This document shows, in pieces, positions 10,666-26,468 of a stretch of DNA of 64,000 nt (positions are counted from its first letter, which is position 1; each line of letters begins with the position of its first letter). The position numbers and the translations under genes were made by a program. The notes below the pieces were generated by a model. That model saw only the letters and a program-made list of their open reading frames with translations, did not search any database and was not told the origin of the DNA. Source of the DNA: Lama guanicoe (taxonomy: Eukaryota); assembly GCA_013239625.1 (NCBI GenBank), contig MU054323.1:16744029-16808028 (forward strand), read 5' to 3'.

Positions 10666-13600
10666 AAAGAATCGAGCCCTTTGTGAACTGGAGCATTCTA
10701 TGCTTGAAAACTGGTCCAGGAAGTAAGAGAAGGCAAGCCCACACTGCCTCCTAAATGACTTGTATCATTTTTGTTGGTCCCCAGGAAGGTCTTGGACACC
10801 AGCTACCTGTTGGCCCAAGAATAAAAGGGGTATTGGAGTAACAGCTAGAGGATGGGTGCCTAGTTGTCCAGGGCCCTCCCCCTCCAGCTTGGCACAACAG
10901 ATCGTAGTCTCCTCAAAGGTGGGAGCCACAGATACCCTGCTGGGCTAGGGCCCCTGGCTCTGGCGTGGGGCTGCAGTAGCAGTGAGTGGTGGGTGTGCAC
11001 TGTGGATGCTAACCTGGGTCTCGTACAGGGGAAGGAGTGCTAGGTGGTACTCAGTCAGCAACTGTCAAGTATCGGGTCTCTTAATTGTGTCATCAGATGT
11101 GTATCGTTGTCCTCTGTTAAAGAGAAGCAGTATGAGCCTCTTCCTGACACAGGAAGACCCAAGCTTCCAGAAGTGTAGTCTTAGTGCTGTGGCGTACTAG
11201 CAGCTGTCCTTTTTTGGTATCCTTCAACCTTCCCGACCCTGGCCATGACCTGTGCTCTCCTGACCACTTATCTCCAAAAGACCTATGACCTGTCCACTTG
11301 GCTCCGCCGAGGACCTGCACCCAGGCTGCCTCCCTCCCTCTGACGTGGGCTGGGGGTGCACCCCCTCTTTGGGATCTCTTTTCAAGAGGCTCACATTCCC
11401 ACTCAGTTCATCAAAGCAACCAAAGCCAGTAATGTTGGCCAGCTTGTCATATATCTTTTTAAAGAATGTTCTTGAAGCATCCATGTTTCAAAACATCTTC
11501 AGCAAATTTTCACCGCATTGTTTTCAACTGTTGCTACAGGGAAAGCCCTGAAACTAAGGCTGGCATTACAAAGGAACTCAGACAGACAGAGGCCTCCTTC
11601 AATGTGTTTCCTTTTCCATACAGGTTGAAGAAACAGAGTCCAGGCAAGTAGTACAGGAACGATACACAGAGATGCAAAAAAAAGCAGTGAAACTCTGTAG
11701 TATCAGAGCTGAGATGAGAAAGGGTGGAAATTACCCTCGAAGTTCATTTTTTTAAAGTTTGTTATTTACTTTTAAAGTACTGTTTGTGCAGAACCCAAGG
11801 ACAGGAACGTACTGACCCATCCTTCCTCTGGCCTGCTGCCCTTCTGATGACAGTAAATGTAAACGCCCAGGGTACTGGTAAACCGCCTGGTGGAAGCACG
11901 AATTGGAAAATACAAAAAATCAGCTTCCTTGAGACCCTGAATTCGCCAGTATCATGAATATGTAAGACACATTAGTTCACTAGTAAGCTCAGAGACAGAT
12001 GCTGGGTGTGGGGGATGTGGGCGAGTGCCACTGATGCAGAAGTTAGCATGTGTGGGACGCTCTGCAAACCCTGGGGCCTGTCTGGTTTGTGACAACACGC
12101 GTTGAGACCTCCATCAGGGCTGGGTGGAGGCCAAGGCAGGACGCAGTGGCCTGGGGTTGGGGGGAACAAGACAAAACTCCACAGGGGCCTCGATGGGTCT
12201 GCAAAGCATTTCATGCAGAGCAGTGGGCGTCTGTGCTGTGTCCTCTGCAGCTGAGGGCCTGAGTCCCCAAAGATGTGAGGTGATGTCAGCAGAGAGGGGC
12301 CAGGAATGCCCTTCTGCCTGCAGAATTCAACAGGTTTTCCTAAGCTGAGGCTCTCAAGATTTCAGGAAGAGCATGAATTCAGGTTGCTCCAGGACCCATA
12401 TGGCGTGAGACCTCCCTGGGCCCATTTTAATGGTGCAATTATCAATCCTCTTTTGAAGACCTGCCTTTTAAAGCCTTCTCCCGTTCCCTTCTCTTGGTTT
12501 TCAAGGGAACACGGGTAAACTTTTTCAAAAGTACAGCAGGTGCTATAAGGGGATGCTGATATCCTCTTAGTATGATAAAAACAAGAAGCTAGAAGAAATC
12601 AGAGATTACTGGGAGGGGAAGTGGTTTCAGAGTACGCCCTTAATGCTACCATATCTCTGACACCCCGGAAACCGTTGGAAGGCAATGGAGCTGGATTCCG
12701 TGACTCAGGCTGTGTGGTCTTCCTATGAGAAGTGCAGTGCTCTTCCCCATCTACTTCCCCACTTGTGGAAGAGCCCCTTCCAAACTGCCCCCATCCTAGA
12801 GTAATTGGATCTGATTAACCACAGGCAGACGACACAGCAGTGGGGCAGTCGGAGGCTGGGATAGTCCTTGCTGTCTCTCATTGAGGCCTGGAGTTACTGA
12901 CGGGGATTTCAGAGGGCTCTACCTCTGGCCTTCCTAATTCTCCCGGGAGGTCTCTTACTGGATGGGTATCTGAGGAAGTGGGAGCCAAGAGAGCTTTAGC
13001 TCTCCTGAGAATCTTGATTTCCCCAGTGCTCACTGACTAAACTCTTCTAGGCAGTTAGCTACAGGCAAATTCACAATCTCACTCCATGCTGCGAAAACCT
13101 ATGGGGTAGAGTATCTCAAAAATGGCCATGATTCTGGGCCCTAGGCTGATGAAGGAAAAGAGATGGTGAAGGAAAACAGTGGACCAGCACAGAGAAGCAA
13201 AGATACGCTGCGTTGGGGTCAAACGCACTTATACTTAAAAGTTGGTTCCGCCACTGATGTTGAGGTGACCTAGCACTAATTGTTAGCTTTACTGAGTCTC
13301 AACTCGCTCATCTATAAAAACAGTGCCAGCTTCTGAGCTGCCGTGAAGTCTTACTCTAAAGTAGCCAGCAGGCAGCAGGACCGTAGGTTACTGGTGTAGG
13401 TAATTGGTGCAAAGTAGCTGCTATCAGTTTTCTTAGTTTTCAGTCCAGTTTAAACCATCATCTAGAACTGATGGGCTATTGGGTTTTTCAGCTGTTCTAT
13501 GAGCAAAAGATAAGTTATTTCCCAGCAGTATTTTAATTTTCTAAGTTAAACACTTGGTGTGTGGAAACCTACCACTTGTGTTTATGTTTCTTGTTTTGTA

Positions 13601-14126
13601 TAAAACTAACTGAACATTCAGCTCTTTTGTTTGTGATGGAATTTCATCTTTCTTTTTGTTTTCCAAATCGTTTTTAAAATGCTCTTTGTAACAGGGAAAT
13701 GGCCAAATATGTTTTCTTTGTTTTCAAAAAAAAAAAAAACCATTTCGGTTGGAGGCCAATCACATTGGAAATTTGGGGCATGTAAGTTATTTTTTCAGAA
13801 ATGAGGGTTTGGAGTGGGAAGGAGGGGGACAGGAAGGGCACAGTGAAACTCAGTTTGTCCCAGAGTGGGGCCCTGGGGATGGCCCCCAGCATGTCAGTGG
13901 CCCACTAGCTTTTTTCTTTGTTTTAGCTTTTGTGATTCAGAGAGCATCCTGAATTATTCATCTAGATTTTTTTCTTCTTTTCTTCTTCTTGTTTTTTTTT
14001 TTTTAACAATTCTATGACCACAGATGTCAGCTCATCTGCCCTTCTCTTGCACAGTGAGCACACATTACGAGAGAACGTGTTCAGGCTTTGCCCCGTATCT
14101 CTCCCACTCTTTACAGCACAACTCCT

Positions 14127-14490
14127 TGTCCCAGTCAACTTGGGCTCCTGTAACCAAATACCATAAAGTGGGTGGCTTATAAAAAAAACAGAAAAATTAT
14201 TTCTCACAGCCTGGAGGCTGGAAGTCCAGATCAGGAATCAAGGTCCCAGCACAGGCGGGTTGTAGAGAGAACCCTCTCCAGGTTGCAGACAGCCGTCTTC
14301 TTGTGTTCTCACGTGGCAGAGGGCAGAGAGAAGAAGCAAGCTCTTGCGTGACTCATAAGGGTATGGATCCCGTTCATGAGGGCTCCACCCTCATAACCTC
14401 ATCTATCCTAACCTTCCAAAGGCTTCACTTCCTAATGTATCACATGGGTGGGGGTAGAGTTCAACGTACAAATTTTAGGAGAATACAAAC
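14127..14490 (-). mobile_element. MLT1A-like MaLR solo LTR
   Basis: 'gggctcctgtaaccaaataccataaagtgggtggcttataaa...atttctcacagcctggaggctggaagtcc...catgagggctccaccctcataacctcat'. Confidence 0.8.
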
Positions 14491-15403
14491 ACTTCTGTCT
14501 ATACCATTCCTGTTGTCTGTAGTTGCCATCTTTAATCCCCCTCCTCCTATGTGGGGCTTTGAAGTTTTGCGGAAAGTGTGGTCCTTCTCCACAAGTCCTA
14601 TCAGTGATGTCTTCAGCAAAGAGTCCTTGGGTGTAAGGATCCCTATGTCACAGGGCATGCTTTTCTGGGTGATATTCCTTTAGACTCCCTCTGTTCACTA
14701 TTATAGTGATGATACTCATTTTAAGGTCACCACATTTATTGTCACTTGTTTAGATAATGGCCACACTCGCCATCTACACATCTGGGAGGGCCATCAGAGA
14801 TGAAGGGCTGGAACCCCTGCCACCACAAGGCAGATTGTGGCCTGTTCCCTGGTGCCTGCACACCCACGATTCTCTCATATCCTCAGATCTCCCTTCTTCC
14901 AGGCTGCTGGGTCCTGGCCCTGGCATCTGACCTGGTGTCTGTTTCTCCTTTAAGTTCTGTCAGATTTGCTTCCTGTGTTTCAAAGCTCTCTTATTAGGAG
15001 CATGCAACTTTAGAGTTGTTGTATCTTCTTGATTAATTGACTGTTTTATCATTATAAAATATCCTTTAAAAAATATCTGATAATACTGCTTGACTTCACC
15101 AAACTTCAATCTCTGTCTGCTCATCTCAGGAAGATAGCAGAGTTGTTTGGGCTCTCCCTCCCTCCCTCTGCTGCAAACTGCAAACTGCCTCCAGGCATAA
15201 GCAGAGGCAGGCAGGGCTTACTTCATTTGTTTTCCTCCTCTTAATCAATGCACTCCAGGGCTGCTGTTGTGCAAATTGTGCCTGCTCACCAATGTTTGAA
15301 AACCTTTGTTTTATATATTTCATCCAATATTCTAATAACTAAAAGCAGAAGAGTTAACCCAGTCCCTCTTAATGTATCATGATTGGAAGTGAAATCTCTT
15401 TTT

Positions 15404-15516
15404 CTTCCTTCCTTCCTTCCTTCCTTCCTTCCTTCCTTCCTTCCTTCCTTNNNNNNNNNNNNNNNNNNNNNNNNNNNNNNNNNNNNNNNNNNNNNNNNNN
15501 NNNNNNNNNNNNNNTT

Positions 15517-15560
<44 letters not shown>

Positions 15561-15583
15561 TCCCTCCCTGCCTGCCTGCCTGC
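15404..15583. repeat. Compound microsatellite (TTCC)n-gap-(TTTC)n-(CCTG)n containing a 64-N assembly gap (15451-15514)
   Basis: Read directly from the sequence. Confidence 0.95.
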
Positions 15584-16725
15584 CATTTAATAGGGGAATT
15601 AAACTTTTTCATATATATTGATGTAACTGACATTTTTGGACCCAATTTTGTCATATTATCTTATGACATTGCTGAGTGCATCATGTCATATTTCCTGAGT
15701 TCTTTTTTTTATTTGGTATATCTGAGTTAGTTTTTGGAGAAACTCTTTTGATATTTAGGAAATTTTTAGATTGTTTCTTCTAATGGTTACTTTTGTAGTG
15801 CTCCTAATTGTTTTTCTTTTTCTGTTTTAAAATAATTTAATTTTTACTCTGTCGATTTTAAATGATACCTTTGACCTCTTCCTATTACTTATAGGTGTAA
15901 AGTCAGTGATCTTATTCTACTTTCTCTTTCTGACCCTCTCTCCCATTAAAAAAAACAAACTGCATTTTTTCACTATCAGAATATACAGTGTTATACCCAT
16001 GTTATAATGTTATATATATATATATAGAATGTTATACCATTCTTATACCCATGTCTCCAACCCTGTGCAAGTCCTAGCTGTACAATTAAACATATGAAAT
16101 GCTCACCCTCAGTTCTTCAGCTAAGTGTCCCGTTATCTCTTGGTTGAATGAAGCGCATTCTCTTGGCTCCCTCAGGTTGGGCATATGTGCACGATATTCC
16201 TGGAGTTCTTGCACTATTCAGCAGTTTTTCTATATTCTTGATACTTGAAGAACAGCTTGGCTACATATAAAGTTCTTGGTTTGTATTTTCTTAAGTTTCT
16301 TTTGAAAACGCTGCTCCATTCTCGTCTTACTCTCTGTGTTGTTTTTGAGCAACTTGATGCCAGCCTAATCCTCTCCTCCTTTCAGGCTGGCTTATGTTTT
16401 CACCAGGGGGCCCTATGGAATTTTTTTCCTTTCCCTTTAAAGCCAAGCAGTTTTACCAGGATGCATCTCTGAGATGATCATTCCAGGTCACTTTTACCAA
16501 GTGGACTCTTTTACTGTGCAGATTGAGTTCATGATTTATTTCTGGAAGATGTTCTTGGATTATAATTTTAAGTATTAGTTCTGTTCCATTGTTTTGATAT
16601 CCTTGTTCAGTAACTCCAATTGGATTTGCCTAGCTTCCATTTCAGTTATTTTCTCTGAGCCTTTTTACTTCTTTCTTCATTTCATTTTTACTCTGTTGGT
16701 TGTTTTCCTGCTTTTCTTCAATGTC

Positions 16726-16813
16726 TTTTTTTTTTAAAGGGAGTACTGGGGATTGAACCCAAGACCTTGTGCATGCTAAGCATGCACCCTACCATTGAGC
16801 TATACCTACCCCC
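16726..16813 (-). mobile_element. tRNA-derived SINE (Vic-1-like), short type, with TSD
   Basis: A and B boxes on the minus strand. TSD cttcaatgtctttt (16716-16729) / cttcaacgtctttt (16814-16827). Confidence 0.92.
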
Positions 16814-17899
16814 CTTCAACGTCTTTTATTAAATTTCTATTTAAATTTATTCTTCCTTGGGCTTTGTAATTTAGTTTTCACTTCTGGTATGATTTTGTCA
16901 TTTTCTTTTACATCTTTCTTAAGTTCAACACCTATGATTTTCTCTTTTCACTTTTTTGATTCATTTGTATTGTGAGGTTTTATATTTCTGATTCAAAGTC
17001 GTTTTAAGAAATATATCTGCAAATTCTTATTTAAACATAATTAATTTTTATTTGAATAGTTTGCTACAGTTTTCCTCGGTTTCATGGTTTTTGTTGTTAT
17101 TGTTGGGGAAGGTTTTTTCTTCAGCTGAATTACTTTGATTCGCATTTTTTAAACAACAGTTTTGTTTGGATGTGGTCTCTTTTTTCCTATGTCTATTCAT
17201 TTTGTGGAGCAGGTTTCAAGTGTGAGGGCAGCATTTTCTATTACTTCTACCCTTTTCTGTGCAGATCCTTTTATGGAAGCTGTTGATGGTGAGAGTGTGA
17301 AGAAAGAAAGGGTTTAGTGTGTGTGTTTTTTTTTTCAGGATCATTCATTTTATCCTCATTTCCTTCTTTCCTTTCATGGCCATGTCTCCGAAGGATACCA
17401 CTGCGTCTCTGTTTTAGTCTCTGCAAGAAGCAGTGCTGCTCCCTGGCCGCCACTTCTGCTCTCACCCATTTCCATTTCCCTTCCACGTTGCTAGTGTTGT
17501 GCACTACCAAGTTCCAAATCATGTTCAGTATTTTTAAACTTAGTTGTGTTTTCTCTTCCTGGGATTGAATCGTCTATGCTTCATGTAAGTCCTAGTGCCC
17601 CTCTGCTTTTTTCATACAGCCCCTTAATTCCCCCTCTCCCACTTTACACACTTACAGGCTTGAAGCAGTGTGCAAAAGGGAACTCTGTTGGAATTTGGTT
17701 CATTTTTCTACTTTCTGATAATTGAGGCTGGTAATATTCTCTGGTTCTTAGTAATGCTGAAAGCATGGTATTATTTTCCATTTTCTCTCCCTATTTATTG
17801 TACAGGTTTGGGGTTTGGGTTTGGGTTTTGTTTTGTTTTTTAAATTGTCTGGGGAGACTCAAAGCTAAGCAGCAGCCATTGTTTTCCGTACCTGGAAGT

Positions 17900-19188
<1,289 letters not shown>

Positions 19189-19189
19189 A

Positions 19190-20200
19190 TTAAGGCAAGG
19201 ATACCCACTCTTGTCACTTTTATTCAACATAGTATTGACAGTCTTAGCCACAGCAATCAGACAAGAAAAAGAAATAGAAAGAATTCAAATTGGAAAGGAA
19301 GAAGTAAAACTGTCACTGTTTGCAATTACATGATACTATAAATGGAAAAGCCTAAAGATGCCACAAAAAAACTACTAGAACTCATCAATGAATTCAGTAA
19401 AGTTGCAGGATACAAAATTAAAATACAGAAATGCATTTTTTATACTAGCAACAAATTTATCAGAAAGAGAAGTTAAGGAAACAATCCTATTTATTATCAC
19501 ATTAAAAAGAGTAAAATACCTAGGAATAAATTTAACTAAGAAAGTAAAAGATCTGTACTCAGAAAACTATGACACTGATGAAAGGAAGTGAAGATGACAA
19601 ACAAATGGAGAGATATACCATGTTCATGGATAGAAGAATTAATATTGTTAAAATGACCATATTACCCAAGGCAATCTACAGATAAAACATAATCCCTATC
19701 AAAATACCAATGGCATTTTTCATAAAACTAGAACAAATAATTCTAAAATTTGTATAGAAATACAAAAGACCTTAATAGCCTAAACAATCTTGAGAAAGAA
19801 CAAAGCTAGACGTATCACACTTCTGGATTTCAAATTATACTACAAAAATAGTAATTAAAACTGTATGGTATTGGCACAAAAACAGACACATAGGTCAATG
19901 GAACATAATAGAGCCAAGAAATGAACCCATATTTATATGATCAATTAATCTATACAAAGGAGGCAAGATTATACCTCTTCAATAAATGGTATTGCAAAAA
20001 CTGGACAGCTGCATGGAAAAGAATCAAACTGGACTATTTTCTCACACCATATACAAAAATAAACTCAAAATGGATTAAAAAAAAAACTTAAATGTAAGAC
20101 CTAAAATCATAAAGCTTCTAGAAGAAAATATAGGCAATGTGTTCTTTGACATCAGTCCCAGCAATTTTTTTTTGGTATGTCTCCTCAGGGAAATGAAGAC
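19190..20200 (+). mobile_element. L1 ORF2 (reverse transcriptase region) fragment, frameshifted, no 3' end
   Basis: 'aaggcaaggatacccactcttgtcacttttattcaacatagtattg...gcaatcagacaagaaaaagaaat...gaattcagtaaagttgcaggatacaaa' is homologous to the L1 at 42-43.8 kb. Confidence 0.9.
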
Positions 20201-23200
20201 CAAAATGTGCTAGTTTAGATCACAAGATGTTGGTAAGTTGGTTTTGTTGACAATTAAACTAGATAGATTTGAGGCATTTTAATCTATGCTTGCTCCTCAT
20301 GTGATGTTCTTTCCCTGATTCTTATGTGATTTTTGTCACCTTAGATACATACAAGTAGAAAGACAGAGAGAAGTAAGTTCTTGGATAGCTTATTAGTAAA
20401 GAAGCAGAGAACTGGAAGAAACTGATCTTTCCTTTCACAAAGACCTTCATTCCTCACTAAAATAGAACTTTCAGTCAAGTATTTGGTCCTTTAAAAAAAG
20501 CAGAAAAGAAAGCATGAACTCTATCCCTTTTTTGACTGAATACTGCCAACAGACTTCTCTGTTTGGAACTAGAAACTTTCCCTCCTTCCACATGTTAAAT
20601 GCATACTTTCAAAATGCCATTTGGCCCCTTGGTTCCCCTGTTCTCAGTAGAAAAACAAAATGGTCAGTAATTCATTTCAACATTCACATTTAGCTGAAAA
20701 GCTCTTGGTAATTCAGCCCCACAAATGAAAGGTGAAAGAGTTCCAGAGAGCGAGTGGGAGCCATGAGTTTACCAAAAGCCTGTGACTTTCTTCAAAGCTC
20801 GCAGAATCCCAAGACTTAACCTCGTATTAGAAAAAATAACCGGTTGACACCTGAGAGGCTTTGAGCCCCTAGAAGGCGAGGCCCACCATGAAGAGGGCAA
20901 GGGCAGCTGGGCCCAAGCCGCGTTTGGCAGCCCCCACCCCCGCCTGCCTTGCGGCCCTCCCAGGAGACATCTGCCGGGTGGGAGGAGGCCCACAACCAGA
21001 GAACACAGTCTGATGTTTTCTGCTCCTGCTGCAGGAAGTCCCCCTTCTCCTGCCACCCCCACATCCGCAGGCTGGAAACAACTCTTAGAGAGAAGGGGAG
21101 CGAGGCTGTGAAAGGCAGATACCCGTGCTGGGGTTTGAAGCACTTTCCCCAGACTTCGAAAGGACACTTTAGATTCATTCATTTTTGTTTTGACATTTTT
21201 CGGTATTTCAAAAGCCACTAAGGGACTATACCCTGGAAAGACAAAATTCCTGAAGCTGGAGGCAGACAGCTAGCTACTACCACAGGAACGGGCTTCAAGT
21301 TACCTCTGTCTTCACCTCTTACCACTCCCCTCTCTGCCTGACATGGCTGCAGCCACACAGGCCTCCTTACTGATCCTCAAACAGCCAGATGTGGTCCTAC
21401 CCCGTGGCTTTACCCATCCAGATCTGGCCCCACACATTTGTATGGCTGGCTCTCTTACTTCATCTGGGGCTCTGCTCAAATGTCATCTTGGCAGACAGAT
21501 CTTTCCTGGCCTCCCTAATCATAACCTTATTCTACTTTTATTTTTCTTCATAGCACTTTTTTTTTTTTACCGCTTGATATGTTCAGTGGTTCTATATTTG
21601 TTTGTAGTATGGCTTGTCTGACTAGAATGAAAGCTCCATGAGAGCTCTTTCTGCTGTACCTTCAGCATATAGTTAGTGTTCAATAGACATCCGAGGAAGG
21701 GAGGAAGGAAGGAAGGAAGGGAGGGAGGGACGAAGGAAGAAAGAGGAAGGTGGCTGGGAGAGATGGAGAAGGAAGAGGGGATGAGGTAAGGGGTGGATGG
21801 TGAGCAAAATGTAGTCTATGAAAGTGGACATGGGAGGCACAGAAAGAAACATTCCTCCTTCCTCTGTCCCCTGTGCCTCGGATAATCTACTCTGGATGGT
21901 AAAGAAATATCTTGATTTTGTGTGAAGTCCATGTTAAATGAACTATTGGTGACCTTATTCTCTCCCATTCCCTGTGGAGCCGTGTTAGCCTCTGTCTTGA
22001 TGCCTGTTCTTTCGTTCTGGCCCATTGACCCTACCTGCTCCCCACCCCTTCAGGATGGTGAGGATGGTGGCCCTGCCCCAATCCTCAATCTGATGTCTAG
22101 AGATGTCTCTGCCCTGCCTTTCAGTGGTCTGTCCTCCTTCCTTGTCCACTGTCTAAGCCCAGCAGAAGGCCACACTGCCTCCAAAACCCCTTCCCATGTC
22201 GGCTGAACCCCATGGCCTCCTGTCTGCTGCACAGACAGAATGGCCTTTCCCTGCAGAGCCAACCCCAGCTGCCCACCTGGAATCAGTCACCACAGTGACT
22301 TTCAGTCTCACGCTGGACTCCAATGTCTTCTCTTGCCCACCTTTGCTACCGCAGAGTGGACCATCTTTCCTTGCACCCAAGTCATGATTTAAAGTTATAG
22401 AAAACAGAATTTAAAAAAAAAACTTTAAAATGCTCATATATACTTCAGAAGGACTTTGGCTTAATTATGTGTCACGTAAGGAAATGACCAAACAAGTAAA
22501 TTTTTTCCACTTACCTCCCTAAAGTGGACTCAGCTGCACAGATATGGGCCTGGCCAGAGTCCTGATCACTTCCTGCCCCCAAAGACACCCCACTGCTAAG
22601 CCTGTCAGATCCAGAGCTGACCCAGTGGCTCACATGTAGGTCTAAGCTGAACCAACAAGAGGTGGCTCCCTCTGAGATGCCAGGTGAGGACCTGAGCTCC
22701 CCTGGGCTCATACCTCTGGGTAAGCCCTGGCCTGCTTCAGCCTCTGAGAGGCCCTGCATGGCAGCAAGGCCTCCCTGGTCTGTGCAGGTCCCTGTCCCAG
22801 ACAGACTCCCAACATGGACCTAGAACCAGCGCCAGGTGGCTTTGGCCTGGAGTTTTTCTCAGCTAGACTGACTGTGCTGGGAATTTCCCGGAAAGTCTTT
22901 GCCTGAGAAACTCTTTGTCCTTCCATAGCCCTCCCCCAGTCCAGTGAAATTGTTTATGAAAAAAAGTTGATCGATGAAGGGTGATGTCACAAGCTGCAAC
23001 CAGTCTTTTTTTTTTTGAAGGCTAATCACACAGTCCTATAACCATGCAGACTGAAATTCAGAAAAGACAATGGTAAACTGCAGTTTGTCATCCTTGTTAG
23101 AAATGGAATTGACGAATGAAAGGTCCAGCCATCCAAAAGTCCCTGAATTAGGTCTTCTTATTCAAGAACAACAGCAACAACAAAAATTGACTTTTAAGGT

Positions 23201-23929
23201 GCAAAGTAGACAAACTGAGAAAGAAACAGTTGTTGAGTGAATTTCAGTTTCATCTCCCCTTTCTTGCTTCTGATATGGCCTTTTCTAACATTCAGTGTGC
23301 AAAGCAAGTGGAAACAAATTACCTGAACCATTAAAAGCTGGATAAGCAGACTGAGTAAGGGTAGCCATATTTTAGTAGTTTCCTGGGTTATTATTAAATA
23401 TGCTAGAACATTGTCTACTTTGCTATAGATTAGATAACTTGTCCCACTTCCAAGAAAGGCTTAAGGTAAGCAAATGGTTTCCTCAATTTCTCTCGCTCCT
23501 TTTCTATAGCCCACCTAGCGGAGGCCCAGGAGCTGAACTGGTCAGGAGGTTCAGCAGTTCACAAGGGATGGTACAGACAAAAGGATGGGGCTACAATCAA
23601 CTACTACTCTGGGTACAAATGTATGGCCTAGCAAGCAGGATGTCTTCTTAAGAGTTGGGTTCCAAAGAATCAGACAAAACTGGAGGTAACAGACCATCAG
23701 GAAATCCTAAGCAAACGGACCAGGGTTGATGTCAGAAGAACCAGATAAACCAGGAAAGAACAGGTGGGCAGTGGCTGTCAGACCAGAAGCATGAATGGCA
23801 TCCTTGCACAGGTCGGCAGGTCTGAACTAGTGGCACAGCAGAGCCTGCTCCAAGGATGGCAGCTCGTTCCCTCTACCCTTCCCCATACACTCTGCTGGGT
23901 GGACGAGTCTTGACAGAGCTGTCATTTAG

Positions 23930-24720
23930 AGTGCTCTTGGCAGATTCCTCCTCCTAAATGCTGGAGTTCTTGGGTTTGGCTTCTCTTCTTTCTCCTCGCT
24001 TTCTGTCTTTCCTCTTAGATCATTCCTCTGGTTTTAATAGCATCTCAAATCTCAGGCTTCAGGTCTGAACTCCAGAACCACTTGTCCCTGTGACCACTGT
24101 CCATCTCCTCTTGAACATCTTATGGGCATTGCAAACATGAAATGCACAAATCTTTCTTTCTCCTGCTTCCTTCTAAACTGTCTTTGTCCCTTCCCTATCT
24201 TCCCCACCTTAATAAATGGCATGTCCACTCATGCATTTCTCAACTCAGACATTAAACCCAAGTTTGGTCAATTCTACTTCCAAAGTAGGTCTCAGAATTG
24301 GTGATTTCTTTCTGTGCCCTCTGGCACTTTTCTATTACAAGTCACCATCATCTTTTGCCTGGATGAGTCTCCTTATATCCACTCTTGCTCCATCCAGTGC
24401 ATCCAGAGTTACTCTCTCAAAAGGCAGATGATCATGTCAGCCTTTCAATGAATTCCCACTGGATTCAGGAGAATCCAGTCTTCTTCCCATGACCTAGAGA
24501 CCCTTCATAATCTTATTTCTGCTCATCTTTTCAACCTTGTCAATTGCCCACATTCCCTTCTGACAGATTCTATGACCTTAAACATGAAAAGTTTTGTTTG
24601 TTTTTTATCTCATTTATCATCTTTCTTCCCCATTACACCTTCTTGTTTGTTACTGTAAATCTTGTTCTTAAAATTGCCCTGCAGTAGGTGCTCAATAAAA
24701 TTTTGTTGAACAAATACTGA
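23930..24720 (+). mobile_element. L2 LINE 3' region (degraded)
   Basis: Pyrimidine-rich L2-like body ending 'agtaggtgctcaataaaattttgttgaa'. Confidence 0.6.
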
Positions 24721-24877
24721 TGAGTGCTGCAAGCTAGGGACAAGCAACAATCTTACAGCTATCTGAATGATTTTAGTAGTTGACTGTAGTATACTAGACT
24801 ATGCCCTGAATCAAAATATGTCCTGTGTTCCCTTCTCTCAAGATCTGGCTTAGCAGTATCAGTGAATTTAATAACCA

Positions 24878-25448
24878 TCTGTTCTGGTCACTTATTGTGA
24901 AACAAACGACACCCTAAATGTATAGTGGCTTAAAAAAATCAATTCCTCATGCTCAGAGGTCCTGTGGGTTGGCTAAGTTCAACCAGGACACAGTAGCATT
25001 GACTTGTCTCTGCTCCACAGAGTCTTGAACTTCAGCTGGAAAGCTTCAAAGGCTGAGGGTTACTCAATGGCTCAGAGTTAAAATCGTCTGTTGGCTCCCT
25101 CCCTCACATGTCTGGTTCCTAAGCAAATGTGACTCAAAGACTAGGACTTTCCCATGGCCTTTCCACATGGGGTGGCTTGCTTACAGTATGGTGGCCTCAG
25201 AGTAGTCAGACTCAGGGCTCCAGAGCTAATATTCTAACAAAGTGGAATGTGCATCGCTTTTTATGAATCAGCCTCTGCAGTCAAACAGCATCATTTTTTG
25301 CCTACTGTACTGTTTAAATAATCGTAAGCTTGCTCAGATTCAAGGGAAGGAAAATGGACTCTCTTGATGAGAGAGGGGCAAGGTCACATTGGGGAAGAGT
25401 ATGTGGGAGGAGAGACATTGGCCATCTTTGGGAAATAAATCTGCCACC
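24878..25448 (-). mobile_element. MLT1G/H-like MaLR LTR
   Basis: 'aacaaacgacaccctaaatgtatagtggcttaaaaa...cttgtctctgctccac...cagattcaagggaagg...gccatctttgggaaataaatctgccac'. Confidence 0.7.
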
Positions 25449-25775
25449 TATCACATGTTAATGTGCAGGCAAGGACATGGTATTTGCTCCTCTCCCCTCC
25501 TCAGTGCACCCTGCCTTCCTGTGTCCCTAGTCCTAATCATTTATTGCACATGTTCAACATAACATGGATGTTTTGAATCCTAAGGGAGTGAATCCTCTGA
25601 TGGGCTTTTCAATGAAAATATGGGGGAAGCTTTAAGACATGCAGCTCTAAGGAACCACCCAGAGTATACCAGGTAGAGGCTCTATAGATATTTGATCCCA
25701 AAATTTCTAGAGGCCACATGTCTGATGGTGTCAGAAGGTCAAGTTTATACTCGAAAAATGCATGTTGAGCAGACG

Positions 25776-26427
25776 CAGCTGAACTTCGTTATTCGTGAAT
25801 TCATGAATATTTGCAAATTTGCCTACTCACTAAAATGTATTTGTAATCCCCAAATCAACATTCACATTGCTTTCACAATCATCTATAGCCGTGAACAGAG
25901 CAGCAAAAAATTTGAGTCATCTGATGTGCACATAAACAGCTCAAGTCGAACAAGGCGATGCTTTGCCTTCCTTCTCTTTTGCCTTCCCTCATCCCGTAAA
26001 CAAGTGTCCTTCCCTGGGCCATTTAGTGTCATGTTTTTCACATTTTTGTACTTTTTGTCGATGACTTCACTCTTTAAAATGGCCCCCAAGTGTAGTGTCG
26101 TGTGCTGCTGTCTAGTGTTCCTCAGCACAATGAGGCTGTGATGTGCCCTCCGAGAAAATACGTGTCTTAGATCAGCCTTGTACAGGCACGCGTTACAGTG
26201 CTGTTGGCTGTGAGTGCAATGCTAAAGAATCAACTGTATGTGTTAAGTAAAGTGTCTTTCAGCAGACATACGCACAAAACAAGGTTATATATTGACTGGT
26301 TGGCAAAAATGTTGTGACCGGAGGCTCACAGGAACCTAATGCTGTTTTTCTCTTTTTTTCAATTGAAGTATAGTTGATTTACAATATTGTGTTAGTTTCA
26401 GGGGTACAGCGAAGTTATATATATGTG

Positions 26428-26468
<41 letters not shown>

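Noticed and set aside
15286..15730. ORFs with KEGR/FLPS repeats
   Set aside because: They are translations of the microsatellite and N gap.
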